64,000 nt of DNA from the human T2T-CHM13v2.0 reference genome, Homo sapiens. The position numbers and the translations under genes were made by a program. Location: assembly GCF_009914755.1 (NCBI RefSeq), contig NC_060925.1; one strand, given 5' to 3'. Below, one piece after another: positions 13,101 to 27,472 of the stretch; within the stretch, counting starts at the first letter, position 1; each line of letters opens with the position of its first letter. The notes beneath the pieces are model-generated. The model did no database searches. It saw nothing but the letters and a program-made list of their open reading frames with translations, and was not told the DNA's origin.

Positions 13101-15652
13101 CAAGAAAACAAGGAGCTGTTTATTTGGAGTTGGAAGGGATGAGCTCTCCAGGTTTATTCGGCACGGGGCCAGGATGGGGGCCACCCCATGTTGGTTTAGA
13201 GGCTGAGTCTGAGTCTTAATCCAGAGCCCATTCCATATTATCAAATCCTTTCTCCTTTTCCCACCACCTAGTAAATGGCCATGGGACCCCAAGCAGTGGC
13301 TTTTGGTGTGTTCATGCATTCATTCCAACCAACACATGACGAGCAGAAACCACGTGGACATGGTCCGACTCTGGACCCTCCTTTCTCCCACCAGGATTGA
13401 GCCGCAAGCCCCTCCTCTTCCTTCCAGGTTAAGCTACCTTCTGTAGGTTCATTCTTAGGCTCCGCAGCCGGATCGCCACAGGGTGCCTCCGTATCTAAGG
13501 AGTCGCTTCACTGCCTACCTTTTCGTACTCCAACCCTCTCTTACTCAGACATTATTTATACCAGGTCCGTGGTTGGGAAGCTAGGACCTTCACAGTTTTC
13601 CTTCTATATTGTCCTAGGGACTTGCTTCCACTGAGTTGGGTACCTTTTCCTCTGCCTGGCTGGGTGGTTCTGCTGGCCCTTGGCACCAATGAGGCACTGG
13701 GGTTCCAGCACTCCACCATATCCTTCTGTCACTCCACTCCCCAGGTGGATTAACGGTGTATGTATGTCTGTTTGACTGACCCCAAAACTAGATAGATGCT
13801 GGAGATAGCAGCATCTCCATCAAGTTTCAAATGTCTCTCTCCACATCCCTGCTTGCAACGCAGCTATCTAGCTACCGCCTTCTCAGAAAAGCCTTTGCCC
13901 ATCTGAGCCAAACTTCAAAGAAGGCAATACTGGGGAGAGGTAGGATTATTGAAACTGTAGCAGTGTCCAGGGACTCTGAGTGGCGTAATGAAGAAGGGTC
14001 CCAGAAAGAAATAAAGAGATAGACACCCAAAGAGGCAGTGGCTAAAAGACTAAAAGGAAACAACCTTCAAGTCTATACTTGGATTTTTATGCAAAAATGG
14101 AAATTTGCTGTCATGTATATCTATATAGACCAGCAAGATGGATGGGCTTTATCACTAATGACATCTGCATCTATGACGTGCTTTTGTATTTATATTTGCT
14201 CCTAGGTCTGACTGCTTCTTGTTCTTTCTGGCCATGTCTCACAGAATAGTAAAAGAGCTGAAGAGATAGGGAGAGAAAGACAAATTGAGCACAGAAAGAA
14301 ACTGAGAGGGGCAGAGACTTAGAGTCAGAGACCTGTAAGAGTGAAAGAGAAAGGTGCTGACAGTCATCAGAAACCTGGTCAAGGATAGGGCAGACAAAGA
14401 GACTGACAGCCAACCCCAGGGGCCAAGCTTTCCACTCTCCGTCCCATGTTAGAGACCTGGTATATGGCCCTCCCTCCTGCCTGCTTCTCCCCGAGGCTCT
14501 GCCAAGAAATTGGCAAATATATTTGCAACTTCACCAGGCACATTTCTCTGCAAGTGTCATAGTATAATACTCTGGAGTCATTTGGACAATGGATGGGCTC
14601 CTCCCTGGGCTGCGCCATAGAGACCTCTCTCCACTCATCCTGGCCTTCTAGGATGAGGCTCACCCAGCATTTCTCTTTTGACCTATGTACTTTCCTACTT
14701 CTGCAGCTCTCCTGTATAAAAATTAAGCTCCAATCCTATGGAACTCTGTGTGTGCACAAAAATATCTCTTACCCTTATATTTTCTCCTACAAAATTCATC
14801 TCCCTGGCAATCCAGTTGGACATCTGTGGCCACACACTGTCTGCGTCTTGCCGGGCTTGGTTGTTGGGACCTATCTGTGTGTACCACAAACAGGTTTGTG
14901 TTTTTACCCAGCATAGTCTGTGCATACAGATACCTGCCTGCAGACAGGCTCCATCATCCGCCATGCAGGCCTGGCCACCACTTTTACTGCTGCTGTGGCT
15001 GAAAGCATCTTCCAGAAATTCTGAGGACACAGCCCAGACAGCCGTTTACCACGGGGTTCCCCTTTAAAGCTACCCAAATCCCCCTTTTTGGTGGCTTGAT
15101 TACCTTTCAGGTACATATAGTTCTCCCATAATCCAGCCTCACCACAATGTTCTCATGGCACCAAATGACTCCCTCTGCCCTGGAACGGAGACCAGACCTT
15201 ACCACAGACACATAGGCTAGTGTTCCAGCTTGATAACGGTACCCATGAGCTGGAAAGAGATTTTCAACTTTACATCTCCTTAGGTGTAGATTGGTATCTG
15301 TATTTGTACACATGTGACGTTTATTCCTAGAACCATATACATCTCTTCTGCTTGTTTTCACATAAATAACGGTCTCTATGTGGGTACTGGCCAAATCCTA
15401 GCACCGCGTACGATGCATGTGGCACGGAACACATACTGGCACATGTATGGCATGTCTGCTTCATACTCTGTACCCTGGTGCCATTTCTTGGTGCAGTACT
15501 GGTATCTGCTTCAAATAGGGTTCTGTAGGTCTGATGCTCATTTCTGGGGCTCAGGCTCTTAGATTTTGGCTGCATCCCTCAGCTAAACAAGCAGCCAGTG
15601 TGGGAGCCTCGGCAACCTCAGTCCAGGCAGAGGTACTGAACTCTGGGGGGCT

Positions 15653-15674
15653 GTATTTATAGTTGCTAGGTTAC
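15653..15674 (-). promoter_or_regulatory. RFX X-box (GTAACCTAGCAAC) abutting TATA/MEF2-like CTATAAATAC
   Basis: Plus strand gtatttatagttgctaggttac. Confidence 0.5.
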
Positions 15675-15924
15675 TGCTGTGCCCGCTGGTGAGACCAGGC
15701 AGGTCCCCTTCCAGCTGCCCGACACTGGCCTAAGAGTCACCACCTTGATGGACTGAGTTGGGCTTAAAACACCCCGCGGTGGCAGAGTGTTGGCAAGTAG
15801 GCTTACGTGTCTGTGTGTGGTGTCTATCTGCAATGTGCAGTCATATGTGTGCTGTTCTCGTGTATGTGTCCCGTGATCATGTGTATGTCCACACTCTGTG
15901 TTTTGTATGTGTGTGGTTTGGGGC

Positions 15925-15927
<3 letters not shown>

Positions 15928-15956
<29 letters not shown>
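15928..15956. repeat. (TG)n microsatellite
   Basis: Direct reading. Confidence 0.95.
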
Positions 15957-16049
15957 ATATTTGTTATGCGTGTGTTTGTCAGTGCGTGCTGGGTGTGCCT
16001 GCGCCCTTGAGTTGGCGGTGAGGCTCACGGGTAACTCGGTGGGTGTCTG

Positions 16050-17560
16050 TGTGGTTCGTGCACGATGGCCTGCAGGCCCCTGAGTCTCAGTGAGCGTGGG
16101 CCTGCGGCCTCCGTGGGAACTGCAGGTCTGGGTCCTCTGTGTGCCCCGGGGCCAGGCCAAAACCAGGCTGGAACCCGCCGGCAGGGCCCCCGAGGCGCCT
16201 CTGCCTGCTCTCTCCGTTCTTGCCGGCGGCAGCGATTCGGACTCCCGCTTTCGACAAAGTCTCAGCTCCGCAGCAGCACCCGGCGCGGACTCGCTGGGCG
16301 CGCGGACTGAGCTCCGGGTGGAACCAGGACCCTCGCGCCCTCGCCCTCGCCCTCGCCCGAGCTGGACCACCGCGAGCACCGCCGACGCCAGCCGCAGAGC
16401 CGCGGGTGCGCGGGGAAGAGGAAACGAAAGCGCGGGCTCCGGAGCTGAGGTGAGAAGTGAGCAGAAAGTGAAAAGAGAATCCATCGGAAACAGATAAAAA
16501 AGGAAAAACAAAACCCACTCGAAAAGAAAGAAAACGTTACAACAAAAAGGATAAAGTAACGCTAAATGAAATAAAAAGGAGACATACTAAAAACGTTAAA
16601 GTTGTTAAACTAAGTGATAGAAAAGGCGAAGAAACAACAGGGCTAGGAAAGGGCTCCGAGGCGCCCGCAGGGAAGGGGGCCCTAGACGGGGCGATGAGGC
16701 TTTTGGGAGCCTCCGGCCGCGGGCGCGGCGGGGTCCGGCGGGTGCGCAGCGGCCGGGGCTCCTCCGCGCGCTGCCCGCCGCCGGCACCCGGCTCGGGCGA
16801 AGAGCCGGCTGGACGGTCAGCCAGCCCCACCCACAGAGAGTCGCGGGAGCCCGAGGGCCGGGAGCTGCGGGACTCCTTCGCCCCCACCTCTGCCGCCCGC
16901 CGAACCCGACCCCGGGAAATCCTCCTAGCCGCCGCCTCCCAGCGCCGGGTCTCCCCGAGCGTGTGCTCTCGGCTGCGAGGCCCTGCATGCGCAGTGTCTG
17001 GGTTCGCGGCGTCAAGCGGAGCCTCGGTCCAGCCTGGGCAGCCGAGAGCGCGGGGACTGCTGAACGCGGTCCGCTCCCCGCCAGCCGTTCGGGACCCCAG
17101 CCTGGGGGAAAGCCGACAGCGTCCCTCTCCGCGCAAACTCCACGCGGCAGCCTGGACTGGGATGTGGGGCCAGGGGCCTGAATAATTAACAACCAGGAGA
17201 AGCCGGGGAGAGCGGGAAGCCTGGCAAGCCAGGGAAAGGGAAGATGAGACAGAGAGACATAGAGAGACAGGGACAGAGGGAGACAGAGAGGGGGCTAAGA
17301 GCGACGCGGGCGAGAGAGGAAGAAAGGCTGGGGAGAAGGAAAAATGAGATAAATAAAGGAAAAAAGAGAAGCGAAGGGCGGTGGGAGAGGCAGCCGGGCC
17401 TCTCTGGGAGCTTAGCCAGAGGCGCCCGTACCCCCCTCCCCTGCGCGTTTGCTGGGAGCCGCTCCCTTTCCCTTTTCTTTCCAAGCTGCCGAATTCTGTC
17501 CCTAGACGCTACGTTCCCAGTAGAGGGTAGGGCCAGGATCCAAAGATGCCGACCGTGGCC
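16050..17560. promoter_or_regulatory. CpG island (upstream host-gene promoter/enhancer)
   Basis: Dense CpG blocks separated by A-rich spacers. Confidence 0.85.
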
Positions 17561-18495
17561 GTGGCTCTCTGGAAGCAGGCAAATGGGATGGAGAATCTGT
17601 GGGCTATAGAGAAGCTGTGACATTGTAGGGCACAGAAAAAAGGCCTCCAAGAAGGGTCCAGCCAGCAGACCCCCACCCCCCAACCCCCGGATCCAGGGCC
17701 GCTTCTGGAATCACATTAGGGAGAGGCTGGCCTGGTTCAGAGCTCGCCCATCCTAAACAAGATAAATAAATAATTCCCCGCTGGCCTCAGTGTGGGAGGA
17801 ATCAAAGAACCAGAACAAATACCTCCCACAGCCTCCCTGCCCACCCTCCACCCCATCCCCGGACAGGTGGGGAAAGGGCTGCTATGACCAGCTTTGTGGC
17901 CTTGGTCAAGTCACTTCCTCCATCCCTTTTTGCCTTTATAAACGGAGAGCCTTGGGCTGGAAGCCATGGAAGTCGCTCCAGTGGAAAGACGGTCAGAGCT
18001 GGGAATGAATGGGACGTAGGAGTCACTCCAAATGAGACCAACCCAGATTTGGTGGGTCAGTTAAGCTCATCCCAGAACATTTTGGACCTCGTAGGTAAAC
18101 ATATTGTGTATTAATGCGTGGCTGGGTGTGGGCCAATCTGAAAGAAAGCAATCGGCTGAGTGGGTGGGAGGCGAGGAGTGGGCTGCTTCTGTGAGAGAAG
18201 CCCAGGAGAACAGGGAGCAAGAGGGCTTCCCAGGAGGGTCCCCGACATGAGATCAATGACCAGACAGGGTGCTGCGGCAGAAGAGGATGGCATAAAGGCC
18301 AGACAGCTTGGTGGAGGGTGCTGGTGCTGGGAAGAGCACAGTTTGAGGCTGGCCGTGTGACTCCAAGCCAATTAAACTCTCCGACCTCCTTCTGAACAGG
18401 CAAAATGGAGGAGCGGAAACCAATTTCCCTGGGTTGTGGTAATAAGAACTGAATAAATTAATATACCTGCTTGGCTCTTCATGGATAAGAAATCG

Positions 18496-18523
18496 GTGTG
18501 TGTGTGTGTGTGTGTGTGTGTGT
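18496..18523. repeat. (TG)n microsatellite
   Basis: Direct reading. Confidence 0.95.
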
Positions 18524-19424
18524 ATTTCCAGTTCAGGAATGTCACGTTCATATTGTTATATCTTCTTGTTTGGGGTGGTGCTGAGTGGAGGACGTGTGAG
18601 GAATGGCTGTATTTTGCTGCCTGTCACTCTTGCCTTCCTGTTTTAACCAGTCTCTGAATCCCTGTGTCAGACTCAAATTATTGCAGATAATTAAATATAT
18701 AATATGAAGCGTTGCTCTTTTTAAAAAGACACTGAAATAAAATAAAACATCCCTCAATTCATTGAAATAGCCGCAATAAAACACTGTGGAAGTCAAATGT
18801 TTCCTGGAGCCTCCACCAGTTACCTGCTGCATCTTTTACAGTTAAAGTTAACACACTCAAAAGGGATTGTATTTCTATCTGGAATTGAGTAATTGGTACT
18901 GCCTTTCTGTCTGTCCAACCCCACCCCCACTTTCCTTATTTCTGTGCTTTATTTTCAGAGAATTAAGGAGATTCTATGTATGGAAAATGCATATTTTGAC
19001 TGTTTTGGTTTTAATAGCCCAAGTTAAACCTATAAATTTAATACAATTCCAATAAAATGCCTGTTCAAGGATAGATACGTAACAATGAAGTTTTGGAAGT
19101 GACTTGAATGCTGAAAAGAATAAACAAGATGTTGTGCAGGAAAGGAAAAATTTAGACATTTATGAACATGAATAGATGTCACAGCGTAATGTTGAGTGAA
19201 AAAGTTAGAAGTTAATGAGAGAAGTAGCACTATTCTATTTATGCAGATAAAAAAAATACGAAATACACATATAGTATTCGTAGTATGTTTGCATATTTGG
19301 GAGAGACAGTCAAGGAAAGAAAATGCGTGTGTGACCACAGGAAATGAAAGCGTAGGCAAGAGGAAACGTAAGTCTTTGTGATGGAAGATGATAGACTGAA
19401 GAAAGGAAAAAACTGTGAACTAAG

Positions 19425-19560
19425 AGTCAAAAATAGTCAAGTTTCAGTCCTGGCTCTGTCACTTACTAAACTGGGTGAACTTAGGCATGTCACTGACCCT
19501 GTTTTCCAGTCTTTTGAATGCCCTTCTCATTCAGTTGTTGTGAGATCTAAATGAAATTCT
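19425..19560 (+). mobile_element. MIR SINE fragment
   Basis: gtcctggctctgtcacttactaaactgggtgaacttaggca ... gttgtgagatctaaatga resembles the MIR core. Confidence 0.6.
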
Positions 19561-20629
19561 ATTCATCAAAGTTTCTTTATAATCTACAAGTGCTTTATGA
19601 ATGCACGATATCATATGTACTGCAAATAACTTATGTGACCCAAACTACATCAATGCGTCCTACCACACCACGCCTCATACTGAATGGGCCTCCCATATGC
19701 CCCATCTCTGCGGCTGGGATCTCCAGATGGAGGGGATCCGAGGCCTGGAGGCGCCTGGGCTGTGGGGGATGGAGGTGAGGTGAGAGTGTGGAGGGTTGGG
19801 CAGCATGGTTCATTATCACCTTATCTCCCTTTTCACATTTTTCAGCCCTCACCCACCAGCAGTTTGCCCCTTCCCCCTACTTGGCGCTTTCTCTGCCTGG
19901 ACTTGACATACATGGTGAGTGGAAGAGTCCTCCTGGGCTGTGGGCTGTAGCATTGGAGGACAGGGGGTGAGAAATGGACTGAGATTACAATGGAAGGGAT
20001 ATTATTGGGATTCTAAGAAGAATTCTGACCTTCCAAGGCAAGAGACCCAGTAATATTCTCTCCCCAGAGAAAAGTCCCCTAACACCCTGGGAATGCAAAG
20101 GCCTGGGGCAGGGGGTGGTAGAGAAGACACCCCAGCACACCCGAAAGAGGGGGAGGGGGAAAGGAGAAAAAAGAGGCTTGAGAGGGCACAGGGAGAATTC
20201 TTATTTCTGTGCTCTCTCAAGAGGAGAGGGGCTTGCATTGCAAAGCTAACGAACTTCTTCCCAAATTCTCTGTGCGGGATTTGGCTGCTCCCAGAGGGGG
20301 GTCCTTTCTAACAAGGTGCCCCCGGGCCCTGCCCCTCCCTCCCCAGGAGCTGAAGCCGCCAAAGGTTCGTGGAATATAATGGATCATTTTCCAATTTACC
20401 AGGGTCTTAGAGATTACGCCGCTAATCCCATCAAAGACCATCTGCTTACATTGTCCCTCCTGAGCCAAAATAAATAGATCCTTTACTCCCTCCACTTCAA
20501 CTCCTCTGGGGTATTGTAGCAGGAGAAAGTTCGACAAGGCCCATCCCATTTCCCCCTCCCTCCCGCTGAGGGCTGGACAGAAAAGGAGAAAACAAACTTA
20601 GCTTGTCTGAGGTGTGAAAGGTCACTTAC

Positions 20630-20847
20630 GATCCTGACCTGCATTCTTCTCGGGAGCCTGCGACGATGGGAATTGGGGAGAGGGGCGGGCCCCGGGGCTC
20701 TGGAGGTCTCTCAGGATCAGCCCCCTGCGGAGGTGTGGGACAGGCTGTTCCGTGCCCCACCATCCTGCTGTCTCTGCTCTGAGGCCACCTTAGCCCCAGC
20801 CCATTTTTGGTCCCTTTCGAGTCTTTCTGAGTTTCTTCCACCTATGA
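20630..20847 (-). ncRNA. Candidate internal non-coding exon
   Basis: Acceptor tttaataattatttcccaacag (AG at 20848-20849; tandem TAG 6 nt further) and donor gtaagt at 20624-20629. Confidence 0.45.
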
Positions 20848-21557
20848 CTGTTGGGAAATAATTATTAAAATCTAATTTTCATCCCTCCCTTGCCAGAACT
20901 GTGGGAAAAAGGACACGAAAATCCACATAAACACTAATTTGATTCCATCTAAGAGTCATTTGTTCTATAGGCTTTCCACATTTCTTCTCTTATTTCTTAT
21001 TACTCTGTTGCAGAAAGGGGCTTCGTAAATGGGGAAGAGAGGAGCTTGGGGGAGTGCCTTCTAGCCCAAGGTCTCGGGGAAGTTGAGGACTAGAACCAGG
21101 AGTGTGTATGTGCAAACTGGGCTTCAGAAATTAGATTATGCACATTATATATTAAAAGGTGATAACCGCTATGGACGACAAATGAAATGTAAAACAGCAT
21201 AAGGGGATGGGGTGGGGCCTCATTGAGAAGTCGGCATTGGAGCAAAGACTTAGAGGAGATAAGAGAGTTATTCGCGAGGAAATCAGGAAAAAGTTCCACA
21301 CACAAAGAACATCCAGTCTCTTCTCACTGTTTCCTTCCATCTTGGCTGCCTCTACCCCATTTTGTTCTTCAGTCATCATTGTTAGCAGCTGTTTTCTAAC
21401 CTGTTCACGAACTAAAGGGGCTTCCAGCAACCGTCTTATCCTTTGCAGGACAATCTGCAGGGGCAGGTCTCCCAGACTCTGGCAAACATGCCTGTTGGGG
21501 ATGACTCTGCCCTAGACTCATCTGGTCTCCCATAAAGACACGTTTTACTTTAGAAAA

Positions 21558-21740
21558 GCAGCGTAGGGTGGCAGAAACAACATAGGCATCGGAGTCAGGA
21601 AGATCTCATTTTGAATGAAGCCCAGCTCTGCTACTTATGAGCGATGTGATCCTGGGTATGGCTCCTGGACTCTCTGGCTCTCCATTTCCTCATTGTAAAA
21701 CAAGTATCATGCCTACCTCATCAGGCTGCTGGGGAAATGT
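21558..21740 (+). mobile_element. MIR SINE
   Basis: gcagcgtagggtggcagaaa ... cccagctctgctacttatgagcgatgtgatcctggg ... tttcctcattgtaaaa. Confidence 0.7.
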
Positions 21741-22915
21741 ACAGTTCCTGGTGGGTGCTCTGCACACAGCACTGTGTGAGATAGAGCAGAGAATGGGCCC
21801 CAAACCATAGAGAAGTTAGAATTTGCTTAAGAAATTCAACAGGGATATGTAAAGCACTGCATTTAGAGACAAAATATAAATTTTCTAGTTACAAGATTTG
21901 TTCATTTGACAAGTGTTTGCTGGATGACTCTATGGACCAGGCACTAAGGGACATAAGGGGAAGGAGACATCTGCCCTAATTAAAGATCACAAATTATTGC
22001 TCAGAAAATATAGATAGAAATTCTATGGAGAGAGAAAGAGATCCTGTTCAATGGGGGTAATGTAGAATCGGGAAAGGTTTCACCAAAGAGTTGGGCATGA
22101 GCTGGGTGGTCTTTGAAGGAAGGATAGGACCCAAACATTGAGACAGTAGGACAAAGCAGTGCATGTGAGAGACCAGGCTTGACAATGATGCATATCGGAA
22201 AGACCTGAACATTTAGGTAACCATAAGCTCAGTATGAGCCAGTAACGTGATGGAACTGCTAAGAGCTAATGTGGTCTTTGGCTCTGGGAAGAAGAATCAC
22301 ATTCCAGTCAAGAAAGCTGAAGAGTGTTACTGTACTTGTAACTGACTCCATCTGAAGCAAGATACTGACATGTAAGAGAGCACTGAGAAGAGGATTAACC
22401 AAATGTCCAAGGGGCTCTGCCATATATAAGGGATGTGGCCGTGGGCAGGTTACTTCTTCTCTCTCATCTTCATTTGCCTTATCAATAAAATCAGAATGAA
22501 GTTTATTGCGCAGGGTTCATAGTGAGGGTTAAATGAGATTGTATGAGAATACCTACTAAAGTGCCTGGCACATGGGAAATACTTCAAATGATTCTTGAAA
22601 AAGAAGTCTTCATTAAGTGAAGAATTACGAACAAACTGATCTTGGAGCTGTGGTACCTGTCTTTAACTATTTAATGGGCAATCCGCATAGAAGAGGGGCA
22701 GACTTATTGAATCGTACAGGAAAAGAATCAGTGAGTGGAAATGAAAAGGAACCGCATTAGGGTTTGGCATAAAGAAGAATGTACAAATGGTCAGAAAAGA
22801 CCAAATACAGAGAATGTTTAGTCAAGAACAGCCACCAATTCTTGGTGATTTTAGACCAAGATATAGAAGAATGAATTTCTGTTTTGAGTAAGTGATTGAA
22901 CTACCTGATTTCTTA

Positions 22916-23085
22916 GCGGTATGCGCCGGTAGTCCCAGCTACGCTGGAGGCTGAGGTGAGAGGGTCGCTTGAGCTTGGGTGGTTAAGGCTTCAATGAGCT
23001 GAGATCACACCACTGCACTCTAGCCTGGATGACAGAGCAAGACCCTATCTCTAAATAAATAAGTAAATAAAATAAAAAATAAAAT
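22916..23085 (+). mobile_element. 5'-truncated old Alu (right arm, J/FRAM-like) with ~20-bp TSD
   Basis: Right-arm sequence and A-tail; TSD ttgaactacctgatttctta / ttgaactagctgatttctaa. Confidence 0.85.
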
Positions 23086-23304
23086 TTGAACTAGCTGATT
23101 TCTAACATTCTTTCCAATGTCAAAGTTCTAACACAAAGCAGTGAATATGTCAACTTACATTAAAAATTTTAAGCTTCCTCAAAGTTTCACGAAGGCAGGG
23201 ATCATGGCCATGTGGTCCATTTCTCCATCAATGGCCCAGAAGAGTACTGGGCATATAACATGCATTTGATAAATATTTGTTTAATGAATAAATGAATGGA
23301 ATAA

Positions 23305-23707
<403 letters not shown>

Positions 23708-24457
23708 TAGTGTTCTGTTACAAGTGCTTTATATGCATTATTATAAAGACAGTGTTACAGGAGCTCGGTGTAAAAAGCACAATGCTCACTACTTCTCCTC
23801 CCCTACCACGGGAAGAAGGGAGATCTGGAGGAAACAGGAAAGACTAGGAAATTACCATCCACAGAAAAGAGGACAGAGGGTAAGACGGTGGTCTTGGTTC
23901 CATTGTGCTAAAGGCAACTGGGAGGGGCATGGCTGGGCTGCATATCCACTGATGCCTGCTAAAATAGGACGCTGAACAGAACAACTTTAGGAATGGAGAT
24001 GATACAGAGAAGCGATTTTGTCTTAGAGTTACAAACCCAAGCAGAGTGAAGCTAAGAAGGTGGCATCTTTCCACTGGCGCTATGTTCATGACTCAGAAGT
24101 CTTGCATTATGGTGGCGAAGGCATAATCAACTCCCTGTAGCCGTCTACTACCTCAGTAAATTTTTAGGGTTTCCTGACTGAGACAGAATTTATTCAAAGG
24201 CCCTTGGCTTTTGGCAGTGCTTTCTCTCCTGTATCAAAGAACCAATACTTGGTCAAAAAATACAATGAAGAGTTTCCAGTAGTTACACAGCCTGATTTCT
24301 GCTTTGCTTTTACTTTGCTGAGAAGGGCTATAGTCACAGTCTCTCTCTCTCTCTCTCAATAAATGGGAGGAGAGGGGTCTGTGGTGTCCTGAGGAAGAAA
24401 TGGGTGAGGCAGTAACTTCCCCAGGGTACTATTACTCAATTAAAAAAAAAAAATCTA

Positions 24458-24833
<376 letters not shown>

Positions 24834-25181
24834 TCAGTGTAGATTGGGTAATCCTATCTAAATGCCTTCTCACCCTAATCCAGATTTCTCATGCAATGTT
24901 CCCATTTTTTTTCCTTTCTTATGCCCTTTTTGGAGCCAGAGAACTCTAATTCCACGGGCTATCTGAAAAGAAGAAACCCTAGGTAATATGTATTTGGCTC
25001 CCCCAGGTTTTCTCTTCCTTGCCTGCTTCAATGTCTTTATCACTGAAGAGAGTGCATCATTTGAAAAGACAGATATAGAAGGGGAAAGGGTGCTTAAAGT
25101 CTGGGGAATACAGAGGAGGTGCCCCTCCTGGGCAGCCCCTGGATTGGAAGAAGTTCTGGTCTCTTGGTTTGTTGCCTTGTG

Positions 25182-25195
25182 CCGCCACCTAGTGT
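25182..25195 (-). promoter_or_regulatory. CTCF-like motif ACACTAGGTGGCGG
   Basis: Strong core match on the minus strand. Confidence 0.5.
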
Positions 25196-25755
25196 CCCAA
25201 GACCTTAAAATATCATACCTATATTTCATTCATTCAGTTTCATTTATTCACTGATTCTTTCCATCTTTCAGCAAAATATATTAAACCTTCCCTCTAGCCA
25301 ACTATGGAGGCAAGTTGCCCTACCCCTCCAGTTGTTTCTAGGAATTCCTGTTGTCATTCTGTTCTAGACAGTTCCCTTGCTGTCCTTTGCTTTTTGTGAA
25401 AAGAGACTTTAACCTTTCTCTGAATATTCCAGGTAAATTTAATTCTAGTACTTCTTGCTATGGTTCAGACTCATTCCCTTCTGTTAGTGTAAGTGGAGAC
25501 TAGGTGCTCTGTAATCCCTTCCTAACAATCCATTTCCAGTCAAGGCTCTGGGTGGATGAGAGTGTCCACTGAAGACAGCAGGAGGGAGAAATGACACAGT
25601 GTGAGGTTAGACAATGCTGTCACCTATTTGACACTTTATAAAGAGGGTCTGTATATGTCAGGATATTTCATTTTTACAGCACCCTACTGAGGTTCACAGG
25701 GCATGTATTAGCATTCCCATTTCACAGGTGAGGAAACAGGCTAAAGAAAGTCAAT

Positions 25756-25955
25756 AGCTGGGCGTGGTGGCATGTGCCTGTGGTCCCAGCTACTTGGGAG
25801 ACTGCGGTGGGAGGATCACCTGAGCCCAGGAGGTTGAGGTTGTGGTGAGCTGAGTTTGGGCCACTGCACTCCAGCCTGGACAACTAGAGTGAGACCCTGT
25901 GTCAAAAAAAAAAAAAAAAGAAAAAAAGAAAAAGAAAAGAAAAGAAACAAAAAGA
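25756..25955 (+). mobile_element. Alu right arm (J-like)
   Basis: Right-arm sequence; TSD aaagaaagtcaa. Confidence 0.85.
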
Positions 25956-26005
25956 AAGTCAAGCAGTTGATTGACAGGGATGTAATGGAAAAGCTGAGCA
26001 AGTAA

Positions 26006-26363
<358 letters not shown>

Positions 26364-27472
26364 CGAGGGTGTATGTCTTTACATCGGGCTGTCCAAAATA
26401 AGAATGGAAACCTAGAATAGAAAGCTCCTCCCAGGCCGGGAGGAGAAGACAGGCAGAGGGTAGCGGTGTCACAACAAGCCGTGCTCCAGAGGGGAGTGGA
26501 TATGGCCTGGAGAGCGAGGAGGGCTTTTTCCTGCCTGAGAGGTGAGTGAGACTCCTTCTGTGGCACAAATGCTCCTCCTGGTGGCCGCACCAGGCTATGG
26601 CAGGGAAGAGGAAACGAAGGAGGCGGGCTGGAGGGGCTGAGCTGGGTTGGGAAGAAAGTCCCGGAAGTAGCATCATTTAATCGACATTGATGTGAATTTC
26701 CAGAAAGGCCGACATATTCATACTCAAATGTAAACAGATAAAATCCAGTTTGAATGTATTTTATTTATTCCCATGATTACTATTCCTATTATTAAGCTCT
26801 TAATCTTTACTAGGCACCTTTCTAAGTGTTTTACTTGCATCTTATTTAATCCTCACAACTCCATGAGAGGTTAAGCAATGGGCACTGAATCACACAAGCA
26901 GAAAGTGGTGGAGGCAGGACTTGAACCCAGATCTGCATGACTTCAAAGCCCAGAACACGGCTTCCCTCTTCCCAACATTCAGGACAGAACTGACTGTCAA
27001 AGTAGGCAAAATTTATTTATGTCAGAATCCAATGGAAAAAAATAGTCTCTCGTTTTAGGGGTATCCCTGATGTATTCCAGCTTCCAAGTACTGATTCCCT
27101 CCTAAAAGGCAATTCAGGTCAGACATACAGCACAACAGCTCACCTGACAGAACCTGGAATGCAGAAGTGGAAGGATTAGCAAGAATGGACCAAATGTTTG
27201 ATTAATTTGAATCAGTCAAACTAAAATTGGTACATTGTACATGCCTACTCTGGACACTGCTTAGTGGGGGAGATAATGTTCGAGATACAGAGATGGCTAA
27301 GAAATAGTCCATATCCTCTGAGAACATAAAAGAGTAGAGGGGGAGACAAACATTTACAAAAGTATCTCTGAGATGAGGAAAAATATGGTTTAAAAAAAGG
27401 CAAAAATACTAAGAGTGGGAGTTGGAAGAGGTAGACCTAAATGACTCCTTGGAAGATTTGAAAGGGTTTTCT

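Noticed and set aside
15666-17484. 281-aa and 315-aa ORFs
   Set aside because: They run through a CpG island and a (CA)n repeat, several frames are open on both strands, and no domain is recognisable.
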